Assembly (NCBI GenBank): GCA_965235115.1
Contig: OZ249436.1
Span: 40,610,001 to 40,674,000 of the forward strand
Reading direction: 5' to 3'
Length of the DNA: 64,000 nt
DNA from: Laetmonice hystrix
Lineage: Eukaryota
The notes below the pieces were generated by a model. The model saw only the letters and a program-made list of their open reading frames with translations, did not search any database and had not been told where the DNA came from. Positions 26,401 to 39,500 of the stretch are shown piece after piece; the first letter of the stretch is position 1; each line of letters begins with the position of its first letter. The position numbers and the translations under genes were made by a program.

Positions 26401-27081
26401 AATAAAAGAGTTATGATGACATTATGTACTTGGACGCACTGACTGCGACGGCATGTGAGCCAACAGTAATAGACATATCAATGAAGACGACGTAAAGAAC
26501 CAGATAATCTTTTCATGGGGAGCACGCACACAATTCTCGATTCGGAGCTCATATTCCCACGGAGAGCAGCGAGTTGTCATACATTATTCACAGATAAGGT
26601 TAATTTCCGAACTGTAGGCCCTGACACCATGGCGTATGGCTGGCAGGAGAATGATGTCGTACCAGCTCGACCCTCCAACCACCACTCGCTATATCCACGG
26701 AGGAGTTATGTAAACGGGTATTAGATCTCGGGTAGACGACATCGATTCCTCTCAGATATTTGGAAGAAGTGGGTGGTCTAGAGTTGGGTAAATATGCTAC
26801 ATCCGACATGAATTAAATGGTATACGCCACCTGGTTATAATGACGGATGGGCCGGGGTATATGGGAATATATACGTAAGTCTTTAGGAAGAGAAGGGATA
26901 TACTTATAGGCCTATTCTATTGTTAAATGAGACTTTCGCGGCAGAAAAACTCCTATACACCTCGGACATAATGAAATATAAGATTCTGTATTTCCGATCA
27001 CACTTAGAAAATGTTGTTGCCCATAAAAAAATAATTGCTGAGACTTGCAGAAATGTTTTGTTCAATGGTTTGAAGTTCCAC

Positions 27082-27096
27082 GAGAGAGACAGAGAG

Positions 27097-27137
<41 letters not shown>

Positions 27138-27166
27138 GAGAGAGAGAGTGAGAGAGACATAGAGAC
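27082..27166. repeat. (GA)n microsatellite, imperfect
   Basis: Read directly. It explains the SLSLSL and ERERER ORFs in the track. Confidence 0.95.
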
Positions 27167-30100
27167 AAAGGTAAGGGTATATTTTAATATGCACGTTTAA
27201 CCGATCATTATAGAACGCACATGTATAACAGCCTTCTTCAGGGTACTTCCTGTTGTTGTATCCCTCATACATGTCACGGGCAACCTTTTAACAGGTGTTA
27301 TATGGTAATGAAAATACGGCGGAAACAAGATCTCCATCTCTGGGGGCCTCCGCCTTTCTAAGTTTTTTTTCTCTCTCTGTGTCGCTCTTCTTTTTTTTAA
27401 TGCCGAGAAATGTATTTCTTCTAGCCCTCCATAACCCCACTCTCGCTTCTGCAACCAGTTGATGGCTCGGACAACGCACAATCGCATAGATTTTGGAACA
27501 AAGGAGTAGTCCAAAACACTCCTCTGACCTCGTATACATAAACCGGACCAAAAGTCTGAAAGGCATGGCAATAAAATCCCTTCTCGAGTGGAATAACAGC
27601 CCGGCCTGGTTTCTCTAGCTGTCGGGTGCCTAAATTAGACCAAAATACGACTTGGGCGAAACTAGAAGCAAAGAATGCTATTATGCAGTCCCAACCGCTA
27701 AAACATATATTTTATTAAAGTTTACATTAGATTATAGCGTCTAGTGAAGACGTTTCAGGTTGTGGAGTTGTTAACGATTATAGGAAAGCATTACATTTTA
27801 CAGTTTACACCATGCACTCACGATCTTCTCTGTTTCTATATTACAGGTTTATAGCTGTTTACCCATCTCATTATAAAAACTCCTATATTCCATCTCTTTA
27901 CAAAAAGTCCTATATTCACATACCCACACTCATCTTTCCTTTGTTCCCTTGAGAAACTTTTGTTTTGCTAAAAAGAGTCCCATATGTCTATTTGAGGGCC
28001 CGTGCAGAGAGTTGAGGTCCCTGGGCACGTGAGGGCTGCCCTGGGCCAGTGCGTTCGGTGCGCCCAGTTTGGGGTCTTCACGACGGAGTGGAACCGCCGC
28101 GATTTGGCGCGGTCTCCACGTCGGCAGCATGCAGACGAAAACAGCACCATGCAAGATGGCGGCGTCTGGACCCGCATGCAGCTGGCATGCTGAGATCATG
28201 ATGGCTTCGTGCGTGAAGAAACTCCCCTCAACTCGGGGTCATGTCACGTGTCAGTCCTCCAGGGCCCGGCATGTAAAAAGCATGTCAATCTTGCCGAAAT
28301 TCACCTGGTCAGCATGACGTCAATGGAAGGAACCCGAGGCGGGTCTAATTAACAGAAATCATCGCAGCAGGGGCTGGGCAAGTGTTTGTGGGCGGAACGA
28401 GGGATTTGAGGGACGGAGTGGGAGGGATTTGAGCGGGGCCCTCACGTGTGCCCTGCAGCATACCGTGACTGTGGACGTTACGACGGACGGACGCGGTGAC
28501 GTGCATTCCTACCGTGACGCTGCCCGATTGCTGTAGCAGGTGACGTGACGACAGCGATGACGTAACGCTATTACGACCACGCTCACCTACGTCACGTTGC
28601 GCAACCGTAACGCTGTCATGTTGGGATTGCTGACCATGCATGTGACAGTCGTGCTTCGCGCGGAGATAACATGTATTGGTATTCATGCAGGCCGGTGTTA
28701 ACGGAATGTAAGTCCGCCGGAATGGAGGTCCGCCGGACCTGCATTTGAGAGGGACTTCGATTCCTGTCAAACCTGCCTTCTATATCACTATATACACAAT
28801 TAGTACTTTGGAAGACTATTATTGTTCAAGATTTTAGCAATATTTTGACAGAACTAACATCTTCTGCTTCCTATCAAATGTTTCAAGACTTCACTGGGTG
28901 TTTCAAGAAGTTTTCACTTGCACTGAACTTGAAGCACTGGTTGACCAACTTCCATCAATTTTATTATCTTTCTGCGATGAGTAATGAAGCAGAAACCATC
29001 TGCCTCTATAGTAATACAATTAATCCATACAGTTACCAACAAAGTAATCTCTAGGTATAATTTTGCAATTTGTGTTAATTGCTTAAGTGAATGTAGTCAG
29101 AAGGTTATCCTTGCCAAATATCGCACTTGCACTGACATCAAAGACCTCTGAATTCGCCTTACGATTATACAGAGATTAAAAAGGTAAGAAAGGACCAAGG
29201 ACAAAACGGCGATTTGTCGCACGGAATGGAACCATATACAGGGATAATACGGCTTTGAGGGGTACGTTGTTCCGACAGTGGTCACGTGACGGGCAGCTTG
29301 CGCAGCACGGCAACATCAAACGGTTTGACCTTTGGTCATGTCTACACTAAGGTCCCGCTTTAAGGGGCTTTTAGTAAGAGGCCGTCCTTGGGGCAATCCG
29401 CTGCAGGGGGTTTCCAGTCTCAATGAAAACGGGCTCGGGTGTGAAGCAAGTCCACTCAGAGGTCGACAAATACCATCAGCGCTCATATAGGGTCACCAAA
29501 GGTCTTGCCAAAGGCCTCAGGGTCTTGTAGCACACACAGACATGTATATCTTTGACCACAGAACGAAACGCCTGCCGCTATATATACTGGGAGTATACAG
29601 AATAGGCCTGTTGTGGATCCGTAGATATAGTTGGCAGTCTCGTATATACTTTTCTTTTGACCTGTCATCTTATCAGGCTGCATGGTCCCCCCATTGTATT
29701 CTAAATGACCACAGGCTAAACACGCTTTCTACCCGAAGACAAATCGAGTCTATTCATGGTCACTCCTGATAGACGATGCCGGATAAAATACATGCCGCTG
29801 ACACTGCCTTCACGGCACAAACATACATATCTATCGCTTATCTCTTCACGGACCACGGCGACGGACAATCACAGAGAATCTCAATGGACACGAATATATT
29901 TCAGGTTTCGATCCTATCACTGAGCAATAAATTCCAGACACGTCCCTTATACCAGATGAACTCTGTGTTTCTCTCCTTTCTTTTTTCTAAATCATTTTGG
30001 TGAACTTTTGACCGATTAAACCTGGCTCTTCTTTGAGAATGAAAGTCCACCTCTGAGTTTTATTGCCAGGGGAAGGACCAAAGCTCACACAAATGCATTA

Positions 30101-33100
30101 AGATCCCCAGATAACAGGGCAAAGCTATATAGAGGTCGGTGTATATTGTACCTGAGAGGGTCCGGCGGGGTAATCTTGAGGTACACGTGCATCTTCTGAT
30201 GGACCAGGCATATCTGGATGGATCCACCACGCTGAAAGTAAATGTAGGCTTACATATAGAGTACTTGAAAACGTGCATTCAGAACTCGCAGCTGAATTGC
30301 CTCTCATGAGGTATATAAGGCTCAATAGGGGCGTGTGGTATGTATCATTCTTGCCATTGAGACAAAATCAGACTTTTTGTTATCTTTTACAATCCCCCCA
30401 AGATTCTCCCAAAACATCAGACCGCATGGATTGTTTCTAAAGTGTTTTTTTTACACCCGAGACACATAAGGCATTGTAATAACCTACCCTTCGCGATTCC
30501 TCAAAATAAATCTATAGAAAATACATAGAAAACCCATGATATTAAAGAGTGCACCGTGCAACAACAATGTTGAAGTAAAGTATACAGGTATTGCATTGTC
30601 GCGCTGGACGACACAATGACCCTTCCACACAATGTCGGTGAAACTGGTCGACATTACTGAATCCATCCTGGCAAACCCACTCGATACTCGGCATGGGGCA
30701 ATTGTACACTGCTAGCTTTGAAATCTCCGAATGTTTGGTTTTTTTTTATCAAAAGAGGTCTGTGCCTGACGCGTGCAGTAGGTCGGAAAAGCCAAGCGTC
30801 TTAATGAAAATAAAGGCCGGTGGGCCTGGCACAGGACGGAGTTTGCTGAGACACGGTAGCCTGTATTTGGGTTGGGCATTACTAACTGTTTACTCGCACT
30901 GCCATCTGGTTGCTAGGGAGAACCACGCGGACGACTGATTCGGAAGGTAAAGCTGTGCTGTTTTGCAAAGTTAAGGCGGACGTTCCAAGTCTGGCACTTG
31001 TACGTCGTATTATGTATCAGACCGACGTGATTCGAAATCAAACCATGCCCAACCGTCGGCCGACTGGGTAAACTGAAGTGGGTGTGTTCCAGGGATGTAT
31101 CCACTGAATAATGGGGGCTTTCTATTAGAGAGAGAACACACTAACAAGAGTTAAAACACATAATGAATGACAAAGCTTCAGTGTTGAGCCCCCATGGGAT
31201 TGCTAAACCCGTGCACCTCTTTAAGGGGTCTAGTTTCACAGCACTGTCCGGTCAATGTTGGTTTTTCCTCTTGGTGAAGGTGCTATATGATTGGGGGAAT
31301 GGTCGAACGTGAAGTCCGAGTCTGCACCCACCCTTTGTGCCGTGTCGCTAGGGTTCGTTACGGGCCATGGACGGGGGGCTTGGAGGCGCCCTTCTCTTTG
31401 GGCACAGTGGTCAACAAGTCCTCGCCTGGCGGGTGGCCCGCTGACCAAAGCTTGACCAGAGCCTTGACCACCACTCTCCACGTCCTTGCCTCAGGCGTCC
31501 TGTTTCACCAGACCAGCGGGAGTCCCTGTGTCTTTCACGCGTTCACCCCTTTACAATTAACAACCATGGGTGCCTCTTAACCGATTATCTTACCAAAGGT
31601 GTTCCCTACATCTACAAGGGAGCAACCCAAATGTCTCTTCAACGTGTACGCCTAGTGTTCCTAATCCATCCATTGTTGAAGTTCTTTATTGACTGGAAAC
31701 AGTAACGGGTGCTTCGACACCCTGGGGACAATAATGGACACCTACAGGTACAAAGGGCTCGGGACGAGGGCCGGCCATCATTAAAGCACCAAAGTGACAA
31801 CTTCTTTCAGCCTCACTCAAATATTTATATAGACAGACAGAAGTCTTGATTATCAAAGTAGACGATTAAAGAATCTTTCTTACTGTAAAAGTACTGATGG
31901 TGAAATGTCTTAGCGTGTGGTCCCCACTAACATATACAATGGACCTATTCCCTTATACATACATATAGAGGAACTATACTATTTGATCGCACGTGCGCTC
32001 CGACATACACGCATGCACGCGCACCCCGGCACACCTAATTTGGGCATCTTTTTAGTTGTATGCAAGTCCTTACTTGGAACCGATGTCTTCATTCACTATA
32101 TGTGGGAACATGACTTGTAACTTCGGTGGCAACACTTACATGAGATAAATGCTATTGGATTTTATGACTGAGCAATTACATCTCGTATCGATAAAGACAC
32201 AAAGTTAATGTGAAAGATGCACGCAAAATTAAGGCAGTTCGCAGTACCAGAATTGGCAGGCCTTGCAACAGATCCAGGGTATCGGTCTAACAATAACGTT
32301 GAGGGGCCAGAAAAGATGTTGTAAAGCAATGCACGGTCTGGTTATTCACATATGTCGAAGGCGGGTATTCAATGGCAATGGACAAACCAAGGTCAAAGAT
32401 TGTTGCTATACACGCACAGAATCGAATCAAAAGCTTTAAACTCAGTGAACGCTGCAAGGCAGACGCCAAGAAATCTCCCTGCCTCACTGGTAACATGTGA
32501 CGATCATCGGGTACAGGAGGTTTAAGTAATAACACACCATGCACATAGACAGACATGGCAAGAGTCTCTGGGTCAGTCAAAGGACCACTTCGGTCCGGGA
32601 AACTACAGAGGTGTTACTTGAACAGATGGAGATAGATTCATTGAAAAACCATTCCTGCAAGTCGCTTCCCATCGGACATCTTTGCCTTCCGCTGAAAGCG
32701 TCTCGACGACCCGTTGGACCGTTGAAAACACACAAGAAAACTGCCATTCGTTTATTTTCATGTTCGTGACCTCTTACCGTAATGCACGTGCGGCTAACGG
32801 GTTTGGTGTGTTAGAAGAGGACAACTCCCCTGTAGCGACCAGACGGCAAAACATTCCAAATAAAATAATATCAACACCACACCCACTATTCACACCCTCA
32901 AAAAGCAACGTCTGAATATAACGACAATAAATAACAAGTTTCATATGGAAAAGTTTAACCCTTCAGTATTCATGCTTGATTATCTACGAGGAGTCATCTC
33001 ATTTGTCATCAAGTTTGAACATTTCAGATAACTCTTCAGATTAACGTAACATAAGTTCAAAGCATATAATGAACTCCGTAAGGCCTCTTGCAATGACGCG

Positions 33101-33905
33101 TAGGAAACGCGAGCGAACAGGAAGAACGGGTAGGGTCTGAAAAAAACGTTATGTATTTTTATTTGAAGCAGTCAGCTTGTTTAAACATTTAAGCAGCAAA
33201 CGCATCAGTGGTAAATCGATTGGAAAGTCAAGGGGGGTTGTGCAATGGCTGCAATCTCAGAGAACATTCCACCCCCTGAGGACAGAGTTTGTGGCTGGGG
33301 GTGCAGGGGGGTGCAGGGTAAAGAGGATAGGATGAAGGCCATGCCCCTGCATGGCCATGGCTTCCCTCCAAGCATTTTACAACACGTGCCAAGTCCCTAT
33401 GTTTTGTCTGAAGTAGCTTGCCATGTCTATGCTCTTTTTCTGTCTCACTCTCCTGAATGTAGCATGTCGTTTTGGCGCAAAGAACGGGCAGGGTGACCAG
33501 TTCGAGACCACTGCACACGTTCCAAAATTTTACCTCGCCATGGTCAGTGAATTTTCATAATGCCACATCTCTCCGCTACTCGGGTGGATCTAATTTTCAC
33601 TGGCTCTTACGAAAGAAACTGTTATCACAGTGAAGCGCCCACCTGAATTGATAAGTTACAGCATACCCTGGAGATTTAAATTCATGCACGTACAGACCCC
33701 TATTACGGTCCGTTGCCCATGGTAACACATGCGCAACGTGCACCCCCGAGTACACGTCCAAGGCGAGGGTACAAACATCCAGAAAACGCCCCCCCCCCCC
33801 ACCCCTGACTAAATCTGCCACTCCAATTTCACGACATCGTAGTCGGGGCCGGAAACAGGTCGGTTCTTGTGATACCTTCTGTATCGTGCCTGCAGACACG
33901 TACTA

Positions 33906-34126
33906 CAGTATGTCCCCCCAAAATGATAGTCTGTGTTCTATTGTCAAAAAGAGATACTGGTTGTGATCAGTAATGCGTGACCCTGTCAACACCAAACTTG
34001 CTGAGAGTTATCTAGGGGGATCAAACTTTATGTTCAACTTCAACTTCAAAATTCGACACTCCTCTAAAATATCTAAGTGTATTGCACACCTAAAGTTAGA
34101 CTATCATTTTTTTGGGGGACATACTG
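33906..34126. mobile_element. Tc1/mariner-type MITE (221 bp, TA TSD)
   Basis: TA|cagtatgtccccccaaaatgatagtct ... agactatcatttttttgggggacatactg|TA. About 27-bp TIRs starting CAGT and flanked by TA on both sides. Confidence 0.85.
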
Positions 34127-34428
34127 TATAGGTTCATGGTATGCCGGTGTAAAGGGAGTTTGCTTTTCAGTGAAGAGTTTCTTCAGACTTCATAACCCTA
34201 TAACTGATCTTTCACTCATTTACTATTCGTACCTGTCCAGATAGCTTTTATATATAGAATACGAATACATCGACGGTGTTTTTATAATATGCTCAAGTAT
34301 AATTGCCCAATACCACCCGGGCTTACCATTAAACCATGACGGAAACGGGGATCTATCTATTTCTTATACTAGATCTATTTATGTACAATACATCAAAGTG
34401 TAACTTTGGGTATGAGGGAGGGATACAT

Positions 34429-34444
34429 TTTTAATGTATTTATT
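34429..34444 (-). terminator. Candidate polyadenylation signals (AATAAA, ATTAAA) for paralog A
   Basis: On the minus strand, AATAAA at 34444-34439 and ATTAAA at 34434-34429, about 1.7 kb downstream of the stop codon after AT-rich UTR-like sequence. The region is AT-rich, so a chance match is possible. Confidence 0.3.
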
Positions 34445-36166
34445 ATGTAATATTAACGATGAGCCGTTTTGTTTTTTACAGTCTGGGTCTAAAAGTACGA
34501 CACAACTGTACTCTTTCACCGTTCGCACTGGAAACCTTTATTTACACATCAGTGTGGGTGACACCGAGGGAAAATATATAAATCATATCGATAAATTTTC
34601 TTACTGAAAACATATAGAAAGTAAGTTCCATAACAAAGAATGCGTTCACTTTTCTTAGAGTATAAATGTGCTCTCATGCGGCGACAGCTGAAGAAGGAAA
34701 GAATGATAGAAGGGACAAACTGGATGGACGGTTAGCACGATCACCTTGGTCGATAAGATTATAAATACTTCCGGTCATCCTTCTTCATTTAAGATACTCG
34801 GTATACATTAGCGAATATATATATAGTGTCTGTATACATTATGTTAGAGTAGTATGCAAGTGTTTTGTAGATGTAGTCTTTATGTTTTAAAATGGTATGA
34901 TGTTTGTCATGGCATTACATAAAGACAGCAGTGTTTTTTTTCTAATTACATCGCACTGTTGACTGTAGACACACGGTATGGTACCCTTTACTTAACAATT
35001 CCATACGATAGAATATGTAGCTCTTTCATTATATATTATATATATAGTATATTATCTATACATGTCACACATTTAGCTTTTATCCTTCTTCCAAATCACA
35101 TGGCAATCCGGCATTGACGCAAACTCACACAATAGGAACATTCATGAACCAACTGTACAATAATATAATAACATAACAAGTCTGCAACGATCATCAGGAA
35201 CGTACAACTGTACTAAATTACAAACGGTAATGACAAATAAAATCTCACCCTTTCGGAAATCCATATTTTCCTGAAAATTCAAATAATCTTGGTCAACAAA
35301 ATTAAAAAAACAAAATCATGGCTTATTTTAAAGCTAAGTGTTAATTAACAACTTGTCATTCTGATTTTATGTGACGTTTTTGAGCAGCAATATGCAGCGT
35401 TCTCTTCGTCATAAAGTAATTATGGCGCGACTGTGATCTATTATTTCAGCGGTGGCTAACATTTGAACACATAATGGTCATGGCAGTAATATATACATTA
35501 ATATCTACAATGGTTACTGCATAGATATGAGTATAGAGAAGGGAGCTCCAATCTAGCACCACTGGGTAATATCTGCATAGGGCACGTGCATAATTTCTGT
35601 GTGATTTATGGGGGTTCTAACAACGTAACAGTTTTCCTTCCATCTCTTCGGACGTCCTTCGAATAATCTTAAATGTGATCATGACAACAATTGGCAAAAG
35701 ACTGCTAGAGGTCCCAAAGGCAACCATTTCAGGGAACCATTCAGACTTCTACGTTCTTTGAACACATCTGTCTGGTTACACACAAGCAGTGTCAAAGTTC
35801 TGGCCGGTCACCAAAGTCATTACTTAATATTGGAATGTTTGTCAAAACGTTTGGGTTTTGTAATGGAATGCAATTGCTAAGATTACTCTCTGTCTTAGAT
35901 GTGTTATTTACACGAGCTGTCCTTTCTGGACAAGCAGTGAATGTGTACCGGGGTATGTTAAATCAAAATTTGTGAATGTATATTTCTTTCAATTCTTCCA
36001 ACCTGTTTGGTGTGAACGGACAACAGGCCTACGTCCCACACTTGCAGCTTCTATACAAAAATATCACATAGCGTCATGGCCTTTGGCGGCAACCGCGGAG
36101 ATCTGGGACTAGTTGATTGAGGGCGGACGAGTATAACCTGTGTCCCTCCTCGACGGTCAGCAACCA

Positions 36167-36546
36167 TCAGCTGGGCGAACAGAAGCTCCTCCCCTCCCGG
36201 TCCGCTCGGAACCAAAGCTCCTCAAACTCCTCGAGCCTGGGTGCACAGCTGAGGTGAGCTCGGTCCAGCTTTATCCTGCCCATGAAGAGAAACTCCCCCT
36301 CCCCGTACCGGACTCCGCACTTGTGTGGAACTATGATGTTACCGGTGTAGATCGTAGGCGGTTTTACGTCGCCAATGCTCCCATACTTCAGGATACTGTT
36401 GTCATTTGGCGGGGAGGCTTCCTGAAGGAGTTCCTGTCTCTTGAAGGTGCTGCGCTTCTGACGAACCACTTCATTTGAAAGTATTTTGATCTCAGTCTCA
36501 TTGGTCTCAGCGTTATGTTGGACATCCTCAATCTTTCCAGAGAGAA
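36167..36546 (-). CDS. METRN/METRNL: Meteorin-like paralog A, last coding exon (NTR-like domain; VLSGKIEDV...KCGVRYGEGEFLFMG...SCAPRLEEF...SFCSPS*)
   Basis: Lies inside ORF 36167..36571(-). Acceptor cctctcattgcag|TT (phase 1) joins G of the 57520 exon to give DF-V-L-S-G. The motifs CGVR-G-GEFLF-G and L-CAPR-F plus the terminal Cys match remembered vertebrate meteorin C-termini. TGA at 36169-36167. Confidence 0.93.
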
Positions 36547-39500
36547 CTGCAATGAGAGGTAAACGAGACAAGTTATAACATGAGACCTATAGGATGAGGA
36601 AGAAACCTGGAAGAGGGTAGGGATAAGCTCAACAACTCAGCATGAGTTGGAACAGCATCGACAGAGATTGGACATAAAGGGTAAAGCCACACACCCCTGG
36701 GGATCCACACCTGTAATTATAGACATGCTCAGGTGTGCCTACATGTAGCGGTGCTGTGTACCCTTTCAGACTTGTCCTCACCCAGCCAGACTGGAGAGGT
36801 TTCATTCAGCGCTGACAGCTTGTTTCGGCAGGTGTTGATGCCTTGGCCCCAGACGGTAGGTCAGGGCACGTGGAAGAACACAGTACTCCTCCTGACCCTA
36901 AAGTCACTTAGCCAGTTTGAGCCGACCGCAGACAAGATCAGGGATGAAAGCTGCCTCATGGCAGGGTGCTTGGTAGTATCAAAGAGGCGAACCTTACGGC
37001 ATTATTGTCGGCTGAATACACGCACTTGGGGCGTCTTGTCAGATTCCTAATATGTCGTCAGCTAATATCACCCCTAACCCCAGGGCCTGGACCTTCCACA
37101 CCTGGTTGGAGTTCTATGGGTTATTTTACCTGTAGAATGAACTACCTTATACCAGAAATACGTAACCTAGGTATCGGGTTTCCGGGGCCCCTTTTACCTA
37201 GGGTAGGGATGAACATATGGCCGTGTTAGAAACGCTGAGCGTGGACCGTACGGACGGCTAAGTACCTCATACACTTCTCACTGCTGGGAACTCTTGACAA
37301 GTCCTCATTTTCCCGCCTAATGGTGGCGAGTCATGTTACAATACTTACGAAGACAACTTAATTGAAAAGACGCGATGTTTTAAAAAGAGAATCTTCCGTA
37401 TTTAAGTACCATTACTCAAATTTGCTCATAATGTTTTTTTTTTTACGGTGGGCATTTCCATTCTGTTGAGTCATGCTATATATGTTCGTACAGGGTATAG
37501 AGTCACTTCGAACCATCCCCACGCAGGTGGTAGATGTGGGTGAACCAGATTTTTTTCTCGGTGTGGCCATTGTCCACCTGACGTGCAAGGTCTGGCCTTA
37601 TTGGGAAAATAAACAGATTATATTTCAATAAAGTTGGCCCCTAATCGGCATGATCTGATGCGCGTTAGGTTGTTGGTCAGTCAAGCATGCTGTATGCCCA
37701 TGTTCGCCATTCAGAAAGCCGCTTGCTGCTCTTTTCCAGAAGAACTCCCAGAGTTGTTTTTCCTGCGGCTATTCACCAACCAGACGAGCTAAAAGATTGA
37801 GTTTCACCTCAATTTGTGCCCTAATCTTATTCCTAAATTCAATTAAAGCCGGCCTAATCAGGCTTGAAATATTTCCTGCCGTGGCTGCTCCATGCCAAAA
37901 CGTCGTTTTTCTCTGTGACAATGGTTCAATGTGCTTTGTTGGAAGGTCCTTCGCCATGAGAACTACAATACGAGCAGGACTGGGGTTCTCCCCTTTAGAC
38001 GTCATTGTCCTTGCTGTGATTCCGTGTACCATCAGATCACTAGAGTTAGAGAATGTAAGAAAACACCGCCTGTCTTCAGACAGGACGGCCTGATCGCAAA
38101 TACAGCGAGATTGCAGTATTTGCTCGTCTAAATTGGATACTGCCACCGAGTTCACGGCAGAACGAATACCGGCGTCAGGCAATGGATAATCTTGTGAGAG
38201 AAATCCGCCCAGGGCCAGGTATTAATGCCAGCCAATGTGCTAATCCCACCTGGATATCTGAGGATTTTCAGACCCGAACAGGAAAATTCACTTCTTTCTT
38301 GTAACTCCACATGGGTGAATCGAACAGCACCTGCATGTGTGAGCTAGGCTTTGATATGCGGTGGCCATTCTTTGCCTATTTAATACATACCGATGGAGTG
38401 TTTAAAATGAATATAGGTATCAGCACCATCCAAGATAATTACTAAAGTTCTGGTTGGATGGCAGCAGGTCAGCCTGCACAGATCTCTCAGTCTACAGTCT
38501 CCATCAAGGCGCCCACCGTATACATGTAGTCAGCCTCGGCATTGTGCACGCTATGTTGTCTCTTTGTCAAGTCTCCATTACTGAGTGCAATTCAGCATAA
38601 TCCCTTTACAAGAGATAAAAGCAAAGGAGTCTTGCTCCTGGGCAAACTAGCCAACCCTAGCACACTCTACCTCTAGGTATAGGGGGACACGTCAAACAAT
38701 GTGTCCATTCTGATTGCTCCCTGCAAAGTTTTTTCTTTCGTTTTTTTTCTCCCGGTCATGTAAGTATAAGCTTCTAGCCACTTGGGTTACCTTTCAAAAG
38801 ATCGTGAAATAAAAGTTGTTTTAAGTCAGGAAACCATGGTAAGTTACATCTGAGGAGAAGAGGACCATACCCTGGATTTACTTTCTGAGATTTTACCTTT
38901 ACAATGGATCATATAAATGTGAATCCGACGTTGTGCTTCACTTTGTGCAAGACTTTGAGATGATCAGCAAGTGGAAATCTATCTGTACCCCTGCCTCTGT
39001 ATATGTTCAAGGTATATGCTAGTCTGACCTGTGGGTAAGATGTACTCCAAGGACTCGTGCCCTGAACTGACTCCTATAGAGTTTTATTAGAAGAAAATTA
39101 TAAACAACAACATATATATCTGTCGTCTTTTCTTTAAAATATCGTCTTTGAAAGTCACCCGACTCATAAAAATCACCAAATGTACGAACCTGCTCATTGA
39201 TGACGCGGGAAGCTGACCGTTCCGAGAATGATCGTCGGAAATAAACACATTTTTATTTCGGAGTCAGCTTTTAGAAACCAGTAAACACAACATGTTAATG
39301 GGCGCGGAAAGGTGAACTCTGCCTGACCCAAGATAGAGGGAAAGGTAATAAAACAGTATAGAGAATGTCCATAGCATGTGGCATGGAACAGATTGTAAGA
39401 CGGTGCCTAAAATCAGTGAACTACGTTTGCCAAGATCAAGGTCCCAATACAATGTCTCTTGGACACGTGACTGCCATGTTTGCCCTGCGGAGGTATTTTA

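Noticed and set aside
36700-38500. Coding-like stretches, including ORF 37769..38182(-), that might be decayed retroelement sequence
   Set aside because: I cannot recognise an RT, endonuclease, RNase H or transposase motif. A tblastn/HMM search against Dfam/Repbase proteins would decide; a significant hit would reinstate the call.
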